Origin: Candidatus Berkelbacteria bacterium
GTDB lineage: Bacteria > Patescibacteriota > UBA1384 > JACPKC01
Direction of reading: 5' to 3'
NCBI GenBank assembly: GCA_016187225.1
Contig: JACPKC010000010.1
Span: 67,541 to 131,540, forward strand
DNA length: 64,000 nt
Shown here in pieces: positions 54,826-63,641 of the stretch (the first letter of the stretch is position 1; each line of letters begins with the position of its first letter). The notes under the pieces were generated by a model, which was not told the DNA's origin, ran no database searches, and saw nothing but the letters and a program-made list of their open reading frames with translations. A program made the position numbers and the translations under genes.

Positions 54826-56225
54826 AATTATTTAACACTGCAACGCAGAAACTTGAGTCGTTCAAGCCAATTCGTCCGAATGAGGTAGGTCTTTATGCGT
54901 GCGGCCCAACGGTCTATCAGTTTGCCCATCTGGGTAATTTTCGCACCTACCTTTTTGAAGATTGGCTCCGTCGCGTTCTTGAGTACCACGGATATGCCGT
55001 CAAGCACGTGATGAACATTACCGATGTCGGGCATTTGGTGAGCGATGCCGACTCGGGAGAAGATAAGCTTGCCCTCGCCGCCAAGAAAGAGGGAAAATCC
55101 GCTTGGCAAATTGCCTCGTTCTATACAGACGCTTTCTTTTTTGACACTGATCGGCTGAATATTGAACGGCCGCACAGTACGCCAAAAGCAGCCGATCACA
55201 TCAAGGATCAGATCGCGCTCATTCAACAACTCGACGCAAAAGGCTTTATCTATCAAACGAGTGATGGCGTCTACTTTGATATTCAGAAGTTCCCCGGGTA
55301 TGCAATCTTAGGTGGCCAATCACTGACTGATCTTGAGGCCGGCGCGCGGGTTGAAATTAATCCAGACAAGCGCCATTGGGCAGACTTTGCCCTGTGGAAG
55401 TTTTCTCCTTCTGATACTAAGCGGGATATGGAATGGGAAAGCCCGTGGGGGACTGGGTTCCCCGGTTGGCATCTTGAATGTAGCGCCATGAGTGTCAACG
55501 AGCTTGGTCAACCGTTTGATCTTCATGCCGGTGGCATTGATCACATTTTTCCACATCATACGAATGAGATTGCTCAAAGTCAGGCGGCCACGGGCCTGCC
55601 ACTGGCAAATTTTTGGCTCCATGGCGCGTTTATGCTTGTTGATAGCCAAAAAATGGGTAAATCCCTCGGCAACACTTTTACGCTTCAAGATATAGTTGAG
55701 CGTGGGCACGCGCCGCTGGCTTTTCGCTACCTCGCTTTGCAAACCCACTATCGCAAACAGTTAAACTTCACCTGGCAAGCGCTTGCAAGCGCCGAGCAGG
55801 CGCTTTTCAAGCTCTCGGCGTTGGCGGAATGTTTGCCAGAACAGGGGAATAAAGTGCCGGTGGAAATTGAAGAGAATTTTCGAGCGTTCATTGCCGACGA
55901 CCTAGCTCTCCCTCAAGCAATCGCGCTTTTTTGGGAGGTCTTGAAATCCAATCAACCTGATGAAGTTAAGGCTCAAGTGATTGTTCATTGGGATCAGATT
56001 TTCGGCTTGGGGCTTAAAGAAAAGTTGGGGCAAGGACAAAAGATCCCATTTGAAATTCAACGCCTGCTTAAAGAGCGCGACCAGGCAAGATTAAACAAGA
56101 ATTTCGTTATTGCCGATCGTTTGCGCCAGCAAATTGAGGAGCAAGGTTTTACGGTGCACGATAAAGATGCAGAGTCTTTCGCCACTCGAAATCCGAATGC
56201 CGATAGACAACCTTTCAACCATTGA
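54816..56225 (+). CDS. cysS: Cysteinyl-tRNA synthetase; start codon not canonical or not resolved
   Basis: N-terminus FNTATQKLESFKPIRPNEVGLYACGPTVYQFAHLGNFRTY (HIGH variant); GWHLECSAM; KMGKS. The in-frame region between the upstream TGA and the first ATG at 55008 encodes conserved CysS sequence. Confidence 0.75.
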   Translation: MYLKLFNTATQKLESFKPIRPNEVGLYACGPTVYQFAHLGNFRTYLFEDWLRRVLEYHGYAVKHVMNITDVGHLVSDADSGEDKLALAAKKEGKSAWQIASFYTDAFFFDTDRLNIERPHSTPKAADHIKDQIALIQQLDAKGFIYQTSDGVYFDIQKFPGYAILGGQSLTDLEAGARVEINPDKRHWADFALWKFSPSDTKRDMEWESPWGTGFPGWHLECSAMSVNELGQPFDLHAGGIDHIFPHHTNEIAQSQAATGLPLANFWLHGAFMLVDSQKMGKSLGNTFTLQDIVERGHAPLAFRYLALQTHYRKQLNFTWQALASAEQALFKLSALAECLPEQGNKVPVEIEENFRAFIADDLALPQAIALFWEVLKSNQPDEVKAQVIVHWDQIFGLGLKEKLGQGQKIPFEIQRLLKERDQARLNKNFVIADRLRQQIEEQGFTVHDKDAESFATRNPNADRQPFNH

Positions 56226-56282
56226 CAGAAGAAAAGGTATCTGCTAGATTTTCACGTTCGTTAATGATATAAATAAATAGAA

Positions 56283-56309
56283 ACCAGTGGAGGGCCGCTG
56301 GTTTTTTTG
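56283..56309 (+). terminator. Intrinsic terminator after cysS (ACCAGTGG-AGGGC-CGCTGGT followed by T7)
   Basis: GC-rich hairpin followed by a 7-T run, about 60 nt after the cysS stop. Confidence 0.55.
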
Positions 56310-56461
56310 TTCTTTCTCGCGTTCTGACTAGGAGCCGCGGAGAGTTGTCGGAGAGCGTTGCTCAAAGACAGTGCCCCTCCTTCCCGGCTGCCCCTCGGGT
56401 CTGGTTCCAGCTTGCTGGCGCCGGCCTGGTCAGAACATGGGGAAGAATAAAGAGGAAGCTA

Positions 56462-59434
56462 ATGTCAGAAAATCACGAGCAATCGAGAGCTAATCCAACG
56501 CCTGAAGGTTCGCATCAAGTTGAGAGTCAGGCAATTTCGCATATCCAAAATGCAATTCCTGAATATCAGCAGAATACGCCAAGTTTCGTAGCGTACAACT
56601 CGCACACTACTCAATCTATTGCTTCTGTTCGCGCTCAAATTGCAAACTACACTGAAAAACATCGCTTGAGTCAGGAAGCGCTTGCTATCCCGCGCGCGAG
56701 CATGCTTGGCAAAATTAAACAATCGCTCACGGTTCCCGCCACACCCGAACACCCAACTCGACTCCAGACTTTTTCCTCAAAGTTTCGAGAGTTTTGGCAC
56801 AAATCAAGCACGCGGTGGGCGCGTTTCGGCGCTGGCGCCGTTGCGACCGGTACAGCCTTCGTGGGCGTTGCCACAGCTAATCCGGTTTTAATTGGTCTTG
56901 GTTTAAGTGGCCGAGTCGCGCTTTCTGGAGCGGGCGCTTTCGCCACCTCTCAAACTTCTATGGAGGGCCGCGATTTGCGCCGTGAAACTAACACCAGCGA
57001 AAAACTCTCACCAATTCGTTGGCTAAAGGGTATCTTTAATAAAAACGCGCTTGCTTTAACTCCTCGAGAGCTTCAATCGATGCAAGTTGAGGAAAGGCAG
57101 GAGCGTTTAGGCAAAACTCTTGCAACGGCCCGAGCAATGGGCGCCGGGAATGTTTTTGATGTTACCAGCCAGCCAACGGCTCTTGAGCAACTCGTCACTT
57201 ATTCTCTGCATACCACGCGCCGGGTTGAACAAGTGCGCCAGGCGCTTCAGAATCGTTTAGAGAGAACTAAATCGAAAGATGCCGGAGTTCAAGCGCAGGC
57301 GCTTCAAAAGTTTGATCAATACAAACTCAACGCAACTCTAAATCGAATTCATATTCACCGATCAAAGTTTTTTGATAATCAAGAAGCCAAGATCGAGCGT
57401 GAAAATTTTGTTCAAGCGGTGGAAAATCATGCAGTCAACAATTTGGTTGAGGCTAAGCAGACTGCTAAAAAGCGCACCTGGATTGCCGCCGCATGGGGCG
57501 CGGGTGCGGCTTTGGTAACGGGATTAACGGGTTTAAAACGCATTGAAACGGCTGAACTTTCCTCCAATTACGGCGAAGGTGTTGGGCCGGCGCTCAAACG
57601 TCTAGTCGAAGGAATTAAGAACATTCCGGGCAATCTAAAAGCGATGGCTGAACGCATCTACGACGATTATTTGCGGCCGACGCCAGAAGTGACGGTTCCC
57701 CCTGCCAGTATTTCTTCTACCGTTCCTGAAGTCATTGGCAGTTACGCTTATCAAAAATCACTCTTGCAAGCCATCGAGAAGGCGCGTGAAACTGGCACGA
57801 ATGCGCCAATTTGGCAAGCGCTCACTGATCTTAAGAAGCAGGGAATTGTTTTAAGCGATGTCTTGACAGCAGACAATAAGAACGAACAGGGTCTCTCTTT
57901 CATTGATTACCTCAAGTTAAACGTTGATCGTTTTCAATCGCCAGAGGAACAGCCGGCGTTGCACAAGCTACTTTCCAGTCAGATCGATGCTCATGGCATC
58001 AGTTCAAGCTATGTCAATGAAAGTCATATCAACTACGCCAACGCGCGCGGTATCAGCACAACTCTTCACGGCAAAAAACTTGAAGCGATGTTCGATAGTC
58101 ATGGCCGTGTGGCGGATTTAGAACTTGGCGGCGTCAATCGTCCGGATCTAATTGAATATATCTCAACTAGCGATGGCCGCTTGTGCTTTGATGAAGTTGC
58201 TTTTAGCGCCGATCACCCGATGCCGGAAGTTGCGCGTCGAAATCCTTTTGCTTTGCCGCAACTGGTTCAAGATGAAATGGTACAGGCAACCGGTAAATTG
58301 CCAGCCACCGACGTTATTGAGCAGCCACAACCGATCGATGCTTTTATTGGGGCGCATAAAGGCGTTAAATACTATGAATATAACTTTGGTGATCATGAGC
58401 TAGTGACTTTCACGCAACCGAGTGGAACATTTGAAGTTTGGGAAAAAGTTGATCTAGGCGTGCGCGGAGTCGGCATTCAACCGGCGGCCGAATTTAGGGA
58501 AATTTTTCAGGGCGCGGAACTGCCAAAGCCAGATTATGGCGTTGAGTATCAGGGCGAGTATCAGGTTTCATTTGAGAATGACTTTGGCGGTCCGATCACG
58601 GCCGAGCGAGTTGCTGGTTTCAGTCAAGAAGAGTTAGCGCACTTCAAGAAAGTGGCCGCCGATCGAGAATCGATCACTCGGTTCTTGAGTCGGCACAGTA
58701 TTGAGAGCCAAAATTTCTTTGTGAATGCGGAATTAGTTAATAGCAAGAATGCGGCTGATGGTACCTGGACAACGTTCTATAATCCAAACGCCCAGTTTGG
58801 TAGCCCCGATACCGGTGTAAAGATTCGTTTCGACGAAGTTGGTCAGGTACAAGAAGTCAAAATGGCCCACATTCCAGTGAACGTTGAGGAAACCCGTCGC
58901 CTCGATGCCTATGTGAGCGAAATGGCCCGTCAGGCGGAGCAGAGTGGTACTGGCGTGAACACTGCCGAAACCGCACGGCTCGATGATGCAGTTCGCGCAC
59001 TGGCTCGCGGAGATCAGGCCAAAGCCACAGTTACTCCAGTTGCTTCGTTTGTAACGAACTCAATGGTGAATACATCGGTTCTGGATGCGCGACCTGAAGT
59101 TGTAGCCCCGCCTATTCAACAAGATGTTATCCATGAGCCAGTAGTAAAGGTTCCAGCGCATACTGATTTTCAAACGTCGATAATGTCGCCTGCGATAGAG
59201 CAGGTTCAGACTCAAAATGAACTTCCTCGAATCGATCTCGCGCCTGAAATTGCGCAACCAGAAGCAATCACTTCAAGCGAAGTACCATTTATGCAAGTCA
59301 TTCCTGAATCGGTTAACGAGACATCTCAAGCGCCGCGCTTGCCTGTAATTTCAGAAAATGTTGAACCGGCTGGATCGGTAGGAGAGAGCGGAGTTTTGCC
59401 GGTGATTCAAGTTGATTCCGAACTCGAAAAATAA
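56462..59434 (+). CDS. Large hypothetical protein (about 990 aa) with two Gly/Ala-rich TM hairpin segments and an acidic Pro/Val/Glu-rich C-terminus
   Basis: ATG with RBS AAGAGGAAG; hydrophobic Gly-rich segments (GAGAVATGTAFVGVATANPVLIGLGLSG; WIAAAWGAGAALVTGLTGL); no recognisable catalytic motif. Confidence 0.5.
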   Translation: MSENHEQSRANPTPEGSHQVESQAISHIQNAIPEYQQNTPSFVAYNSHTTQSIASVRAQIANYTEKHRLSQEALAIPRASMLGKIKQSLTVPATPEHPTRLQTFSSKFREFWHKSSTRWARFGAGAVATGTAFVGVATANPVLIGLGLSGRVALSGAGAFATSQTSMEGRDLRRETNTSEKLSPIRWLKGIFNKNALALTPRELQSMQVEERQERLGKTLATARAMGAGNVFDVTSQPTALEQLVTYSLHTTRRVEQVRQALQNRLERTKSKDAGVQAQALQKFDQYKLNATLNRIHIHRSKFFDNQEAKIERENFVQAVENHAVNNLVEAKQTAKKRTWIAAAWGAGAALVTGLTGLKRIETAELSSNYGEGVGPALKRLVEGIKNIPGNLKAMAERIYDDYLRPTPEVTVPPASISSTVPEVIGSYAYQKSLLQAIEKARETGTNAPIWQALTDLKKQGIVLSDVLTADNKNEQGLSFIDYLKLNVDRFQSPEEQPALHKLLSSQIDAHGISSSYVNESHINYANARGISTTLHGKKLEAMFDSHGRVADLELGGVNRPDLIEYISTSDGRLCFDEVAFSADHPMPEVARRNPFALPQLVQDEMVQATGKLPATDVIEQPQPIDAFIGAHKGVKYYEYNFGDHELVTFTQPSGTFEVWEKVDLGVRGVGIQPAAEFREIFQGAELPKPDYGVEYQGEYQVSFENDFGGPITAERVAGFSQEELAHFKKVAADRESITRFLSRHSIESQNFFVNAELVNSKNAADGTWTTFYNPNAQFGSPDTGVKIRFDEVGQVQEVKMAHIPVNVEETRRLDAYVSEMARQAEQSGTGVNTAETARLDDAVRALARGDQAKATVTPVASFVTNSMVNTSVLDARPEVVAPPIQQDVIHEPVVKVPAHTDFQTSIMSPAIEQVQTQNELPRIDLAPEIAQPEAITSSEVPFMQVIPESVNETSQAPRLPVISENVEPAGSVGESGVLPVIQVDSELEK

Positions 59435-59540
59435 TCTTTGAGAGTCTTAGAGCTTTTCACTTTGTGTGTAAAGCTTGATAGGCGTTCAAAGCGGAACGTT
59501 AAAAATTTAGAAAAAATAAGAAGGAAGGGGGTACTCAAAG

Positions 59541-60455
59541 ATGGGTACTCGTAAAAATGGGAACGTTTTTTTTCTTATCGTCGCGCTGGTGGTGAGTGTG
59601 ATGACGATACCAGTGTTCGCACTGGGTTTTCTCGGGCCAATCCTGACTTTCGGGATGTGGTTAGCCGAACAGTTTCGTGACCAGCACCATCGGGCGGAGA
59701 CTCATTCGCCGACGGTTTCATTCGTAATTCAGGTGCCTGACAAGTATCGTCAGCGCGCCGATGAATTTCGGATCGAAACCGACATGGTGATAATCCCGCC
59801 AAGCGAGTCGGGCTACACGTACCGACTCATTAAGGAAGATGGTGGGATGCTTTGGCCAACGACCGTCCGCGTCTGGACTCCGACTTCGGGGTATGAGATT
59901 GAAAAGGTCGAACTGCGGGAGGGGAACCACGTTGTCGATAAGATCGAAGGCAAGCGACTGAAGGCGATGAAGTATTTCGACCTTCAGTTGCCAGATTCGG
60001 TCGGTAACGCGCGGGGTTCGCCCGACCACTTCGAAGTGGTCTTCTACCTTCCGGACGATGAGGAGGAGCGCGTGTCGTGTTCCTTCAGTGTTTTGGCGCT
60101 GACGATCTACGACTGGTATCTGCAGTACGATGAACTGCAAAACCAGCGGATTGGGCGCCGAATGGCTGAAACGCCGCGCCAACTCCACCCTGAGCGGACC
60201 GAGACGGTGACGGTAATCGTTGAGACCGAGACCGGTCTGACGGTTATCGACACCGTAGGGGTGAATCCGCAGGACCGGGCGGCAATCGCTTTCTCGGAGA
60301 AGGTTCAGCCGGGTGTCTATCGCATTCGGGTCAAACCGGGTGCGGTCCGCATCGGTCTGGACCGGCCCGGAGTGGCGACTCCGCCGCCGATTCAAGACGG
60401 TTTCTACGCCGTCGCGCCTGGGTCGCAAACCCAGATCACATTGAAAGGGAGGTAG
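59541..60455 (+). CDS. Hypothetical membrane-anchored protein (304 aa) in a GC-rich island
   Basis: RBS AGGAAGGGGG; N-terminal TM pair; GC about 58-60%, well above the window average. Confidence 0.45.
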   Translation: MGTRKNGNVFFLIVALVVSVMTIPVFALGFLGPILTFGMWLAEQFRDQHHRAETHSPTVSFVIQVPDKYRQRADEFRIETDMVIIPPSESGYTYRLIKEDGGMLWPTTVRVWTPTSGYEIEKVELREGNHVVDKIEGKRLKAMKYFDLQLPDSVGNARGSPDHFEVVFYLPDDEEERVSCSFSVLALTIYDWYLQYDELQNQRIGRRMAETPRQLHPERTETVTVIVETETGLTVIDTVGVNPQDRAAIAFSEKVQPGVYRIRVKPGAVRIGLDRPGVATPPPIQDGFYAVAPGSQTQITLKGR

Positions 60456-60460
60456 AAAAG

Positions 60461-61237
60461 ATGAAAATTTTTTTCATCTTGTTAGCAGTTTTTTTTCTGG
60501 CGGGTCTGCCCACCAGTGCGCGTGGGTATTTGGTACCCGGCAAGAACCCGCAGTCGCCGGCGATCCGGAACGCGGGCAACGAAGTGACGGCGCTCCGGAT
60601 CGCCCAGGAGAAGGGCTGGCGGGTCTACCAGTTGCCCGTCAATACCTACGTGGGTAACTACGGCGCTTCCGGCGAGTTTGTCCGGGGTGTCTTGCCCAGG
60701 GGCGCCTGGATGGGCACAGACGGTACCCACGAGTACGTCGTGGGTTATACCGACGGCCGAGGGGTTTGGCGTGGGTGCGGAAACCTGACCGATCGCATCC
60801 CACCGCCGCCGCCAGTGCGCATTCCACCACCATCGCCGCCGAAGCCGCCGCCCCTCATCCCCTTCATACCGATCACTTCGGGTCTCGTGGTGACTCACGA
60901 GTGGCGGGGTGAGAAGAGTGGCGCGGCGACCGCCAGCGAGTTCTTAACTCGCAACCCGGTTCAAGCGCCGACTATTGTCGGGGATGCCAAGGTGAGCATC
61001 AGCCAGGTGCAAACCCAGGCTCAACCCCTGGCCTTCCCAGACTTTAATATTTCGGCTTTGTCTTCGGCAAACGCCGAAACCGGGCCGATCCAAAACAACA
61101 ACTCCGCCACCTCCCAGGCGAGTAACGTGAACACCGTGCCGATCGGTGTGAACACCGGGCCTGGGAGCGTGACGGTGACTGGGAGTGGCGCGGGTACGCA
61201 AACCGCGCCCACCCAGCAGAACAATTTGATCAGATAG
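60461..61237 (+). CDS. Secreted Pro-rich protein (258 aa) with C-terminal QNNNS-TSQ-SNVN-VNTG module
   Basis: Signal peptide (FFILLAVFFLAGLPTSA); PPPPPVRIPPPSPPKPPPLIP linker; C-terminal module shared with the downstream repeat protein; 6-nt gap to the upstream gene. Confidence 0.5.
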   Translation: MKIFFILLAVFFLAGLPTSARGYLVPGKNPQSPAIRNAGNEVTALRIAQEKGWRVYQLPVNTYVGNYGASGEFVRGVLPRGAWMGTDGTHEYVVGYTDGRGVWRGCGNLTDRIPPPPPVRIPPPSPPKPPPLIPFIPITSGLVVTHEWRGEKSGAATASEFLTRNPVQAPTIVGDAKVSISQVQTQAQPLAFPDFNISALSSANAETGPIQNNNSATSQASNVNTVPIGVNTGPGSVTVTGSGAGTQTAPTQQNNLIR

Positions 61238-61399
61238 CAACAAGGAGGAGTTGCTGTCTGACAGAGTCTTACCCCGAGCTTCGGCTCGGGGGATATTTCC
61301 TCTAGTCAAATCATGTTGACTGGAGGAAAGTATCAATTGAGGGCGTGCGCTGGTCGAAGCGGGCGAGAGTGCAAATATCGGAAAGGTGGTGAATAAACT

Positions 61400-62230
61400 A
61401 TGCAAAAATCTATCGCAATCGTTGCGTTTGCCTTGATGGTGACAGCTGGATCCTCAAGTGTATTCGCGGCGACCGTGCAAAATAACAACAGCTCTACGAG
61501 TCAGAGCCAGAACACTAACGCCGTTACAACGGTTGTTAATACTGGCAGTGGCTCCGCGGCTGGTTCAAGTAGTTCGGCGAGCGCCCAGGATTCGTCAACG
61601 AATCAATCGAACGAGAGGCAATCAACTTCGACTTCGCAAAGTTCGGGCACTGCGACTACAGGTTTGGTGCAAAATAACAATGTTAGCACCAGTCAAAGCC
61701 AGAACGTAAACGCCACCACAACGGTTGTTAACACCGGCAGTGGGAATGTGAGCGGCTCGGCGAGCGCCAGTGGCGGTCAAGCGTCAGAAACAACGCAAAG
61801 CAACTTTGCTTCTGGAAACAGCCAAAATCGGACCGAAAATAACAACAGTTCGATTAGCCAAAGCCAGAACGTGAATTGCGGCACAACCGTTGTCAATACC
61901 TCATCAGGTGATGCCTCTGGTGCGTGTGCGGCGGCAGGTAGCCAAACGGCAACTACGACACAGTCGAACACAACCGAACAGACTCAAACGAAAAAGAATG
62001 AGACCAAGATTGAACAAGCCCAATCAGTGGCACAAGCAACTTCAGTGGCTGGTGTTCCAACCACAACCACTCAAGTCCCGCCGGTTACAACCAAAACCGA
62101 GCTTCCGAAAGAGCTCCTGAAGACGGGTGCAAATACGGTTGCTCTCGCGCTTGGTAGCGCAGTGATCTCAGCCGGTGGCGCAGCATTCGCTCGTCGCAAG
62201 CAGATGGTCGCAGATCTCATCGTTGGCTAA
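61400..62230 (+). CDS. Surface protein with three roughly 58-aa Ser/Thr/Asn-rich tandem repeats and a sortase-type C-terminal sorting signal
   Basis: Signal peptide; three repeats of VQNNN(S/V)STSQSQN(T/V)NA.TTVVNTGSG...; C-terminus LPKELLKTGANTVALALGSAVISAGGAAFARRKQ (LPxTG-like motif, hydrophobic helix, basic tail). Confidence 0.55.
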   Translation: MQKSIAIVAFALMVTAGSSSVFAATVQNNNSSTSQSQNTNAVTTVVNTGSGSAAGSSSSASAQDSSTNQSNERQSTSTSQSSGTATTGLVQNNNVSTSQSQNVNATTTVVNTGSGNVSGSASASGGQASETTQSNFASGNSQNRTENNNSSISQSQNVNCGTTVVNTSSGDASGACAAAGSQTATTTQSNTTEQTQTKKNETKIEQAQSVAQATSVAGVPTTTTQVPPVTTKTELPKELLKTGANTVALALGSAVISAGGAAFARRKQMVADLIVG

Positions 62231-62255
62231 TGCTAACGGTATGTTTTAAGGGGCC

Positions 62256-62281
62256 AAAACGACGCGGAAACGCGTCGTTTT
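62256..62281 (+). terminator. Intrinsic terminator (AAAACGACGCG-GAAA-CGCGTCGTTTT)
   Basis: Perfect 11-bp stem with GAAA tetraloop and trailing T run directly after the repeat-protein gene. Confidence 0.6.
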
Positions 62282-62321
62282 GCGTTGAAGGAGGGGGAGC
62301 CATCTGGTACACTACCGAACC

Positions 62322-63305
62322 ATGGAAGAGCAATTCGATGAGGGTAAACTCAAACTCTACGATCTTCTCAAACTCGGAGAGAAAGAAACGTTGATCCGGA
62401 CCATCGAAGCCGAAATGGCACTGCCGGAGTTTTGGGCTGACCGAATCCGCGCTGAAACTCGTTCAAAAGAGCTGGCGAGTGCCAAATCACTCATCGAGGA
62501 GTGGGAGCGCGCAGAGACTCCAGAGAGTTTACGAACGTTAGAACTCAAAGCAGTGTTGGCCGGCCAGTACGATGCCAGCAACGCAATCGTCTCGCTTCAT
62601 GCCGGTGCTGGTGGCACTGAAGCGCAGGATTGGACGAGTATGCTCAAGCGAATGGTAGAGCGCTGGGCGGAGCACAAGGGATTTTCAGTGACCCTGCTTG
62701 ATGAATCCCGCGGCGAAGAAGCCGGACTCAAATCCGCAACGCTCAAGATTGAGGGGCCATACGCCTATGGATACCTCAAGGCTGAAGCTGGGGTTCACCG
62801 TCTTGTCAGGATCTCTCCGTTTGATTCCGATAAAGCCCGCCATACATCATTCTCGCTCGTAGAAGTTGTACCGGAACTACGCGAGGTAGGGGATATAGAG
62901 ATCGACGAAAAAGATCTACGGATCGATCTCTTCCGAGCCGGTGGCCATGGTGGTCAGAATGTGAATAAAGTAGAAACGGCGGTTCGCCTTACACATATTC
63001 CGACCGGAATTGTTGTAACATCACAGAACGAACGATCACAGGCACAGAATCGAGAGTTGGCAATGAAGGTGCTGATTGCAAAGCTACAGGTACTTGCCGA
63101 ACAGGCACATCTCGACAAGATCTCTGAACTGAAAGGTGAGCATCGGAAGGTAGAGTGGGGGAGTCAAATTCGTTCATACGTCCTCCAGCCGTACCGGCTG
63201 GTGAAGGATGTTCGAACGGGTCATGAAGAGTCTAATGTTGATGCCGTGCTCGATGGTAATCTCGATCCATTTATAGAAGCGTATCTCGAACAACAGGTAA
63301 AATAA
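62322..63305 (+). CDS. prfB: Peptide chain release factor 2, without the programmed +1 frameshift and short at the N-terminus
   Basis: SPF motif (VRISPFDS) and GGQ motif ([20 protein letters not shown]); 327 aa; no CTT TGA shift site upstream. Confidence 0.8.
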   Translation: MEEQFDEGKLKLYDLLKLGEKETLIRTIEAEMALPEFWADRIRAETRSKELASAKSLIEEWERAETPESLRTLELKAVLAGQYDASNAIVSLHAGAGGTEAQDWTSMLKRMVERWAEHKGFSVTLLDESRGEEAGLKSATLKIEGPYAYGYLKAEAGVHRLVRISPFDSDKARHTSFSLVEVVPELREVGDIEIDEKDLRIDLFRAGGHGGQNVNKVETAVRLTHIPTGIVVTSQNERSQAQNRELAMKVLIAKLQVLAEQAHLDKISELKGEHRKVEWGSQIRSYVLQPYRLVKDVRTGHEESNVDAVLDGNLDPFIEAYLEQQVK

Positions 63306-63338
63306 CCAACAAAAGACGAATAGAAGAAAGGAACATCA

Positions 63339-63641
63339 ATGCCAGGCATGTTTGACCAAGCGAAAGCGCTCCTTAAGGCGCGGAAGGCCCAGCAAGAGTT
63401 AAAAAAAACCGAGATTGAGGCGAGTGGGGGAGAGGGTAAGGTATTGCTCGTTTTTACCGGAGATCTCAAGCTGAAATCGATTACTCTTGACGAGTCATTG
63501 CTTGCGCCAGAGCGTAAAGCCGAGCTCGAGCGCTTACTCAAGGACACTTTTACTCAAGGTATGCAGGAAACCCAGCAAGTGGCGGCCGATAAAACGCGGG
63601 GCGTGATGCGCGATCTCGGCATGAATATCCCGGGGATGTAG
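63339..63641 (+). CDS. ybaB: Nucleoid-associated protein YbaB/EbfC family
   Basis: 100 aa; MPGMFDQAKALLKARKAQQELKK...VAADKTRGVMRDLGMNIPGM typical of the YbaB family. Confidence 0.8.
   Translation: MPGMFDQAKALLKARKAQQELKKTEIEASGGEGKVLLVFTGDLKLKSITLDESLLAPERKAELERLLKDTFTQGMQETQQVAADKTRGVMRDLGMNIPGM

Noticed and set aside
54828-55256. 142-aa minus-strand ORF overlapping the cysS 5' region
   Set aside because: It is antisense to clearly conserved CysS sequence (HIGH region) and has no motifs or RBS.
59718-61405. Three long minus-strand ORFs (236, 138 and 153 aa) antisense to the GC-rich island genes
   Set aside because: They are Arg/Pro/Gly-rich and lack RBSs. This pattern is typical of spurious antisense ORFs that arise in high-GC coding DNA. 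The plus-strand genes have signal peptides/TM segments and RBSs.
62231-62321. Programmed +1 frameshift site upstream of prfB
   Set aside because: An AGGAGGGGGAG SD-like tract is present, but no in-frame short ORF ending in CTT TGA (or other shifty stop) precedes the main frame. The upstream sequence is occupied by the terminator hairpin of the preceding gene.
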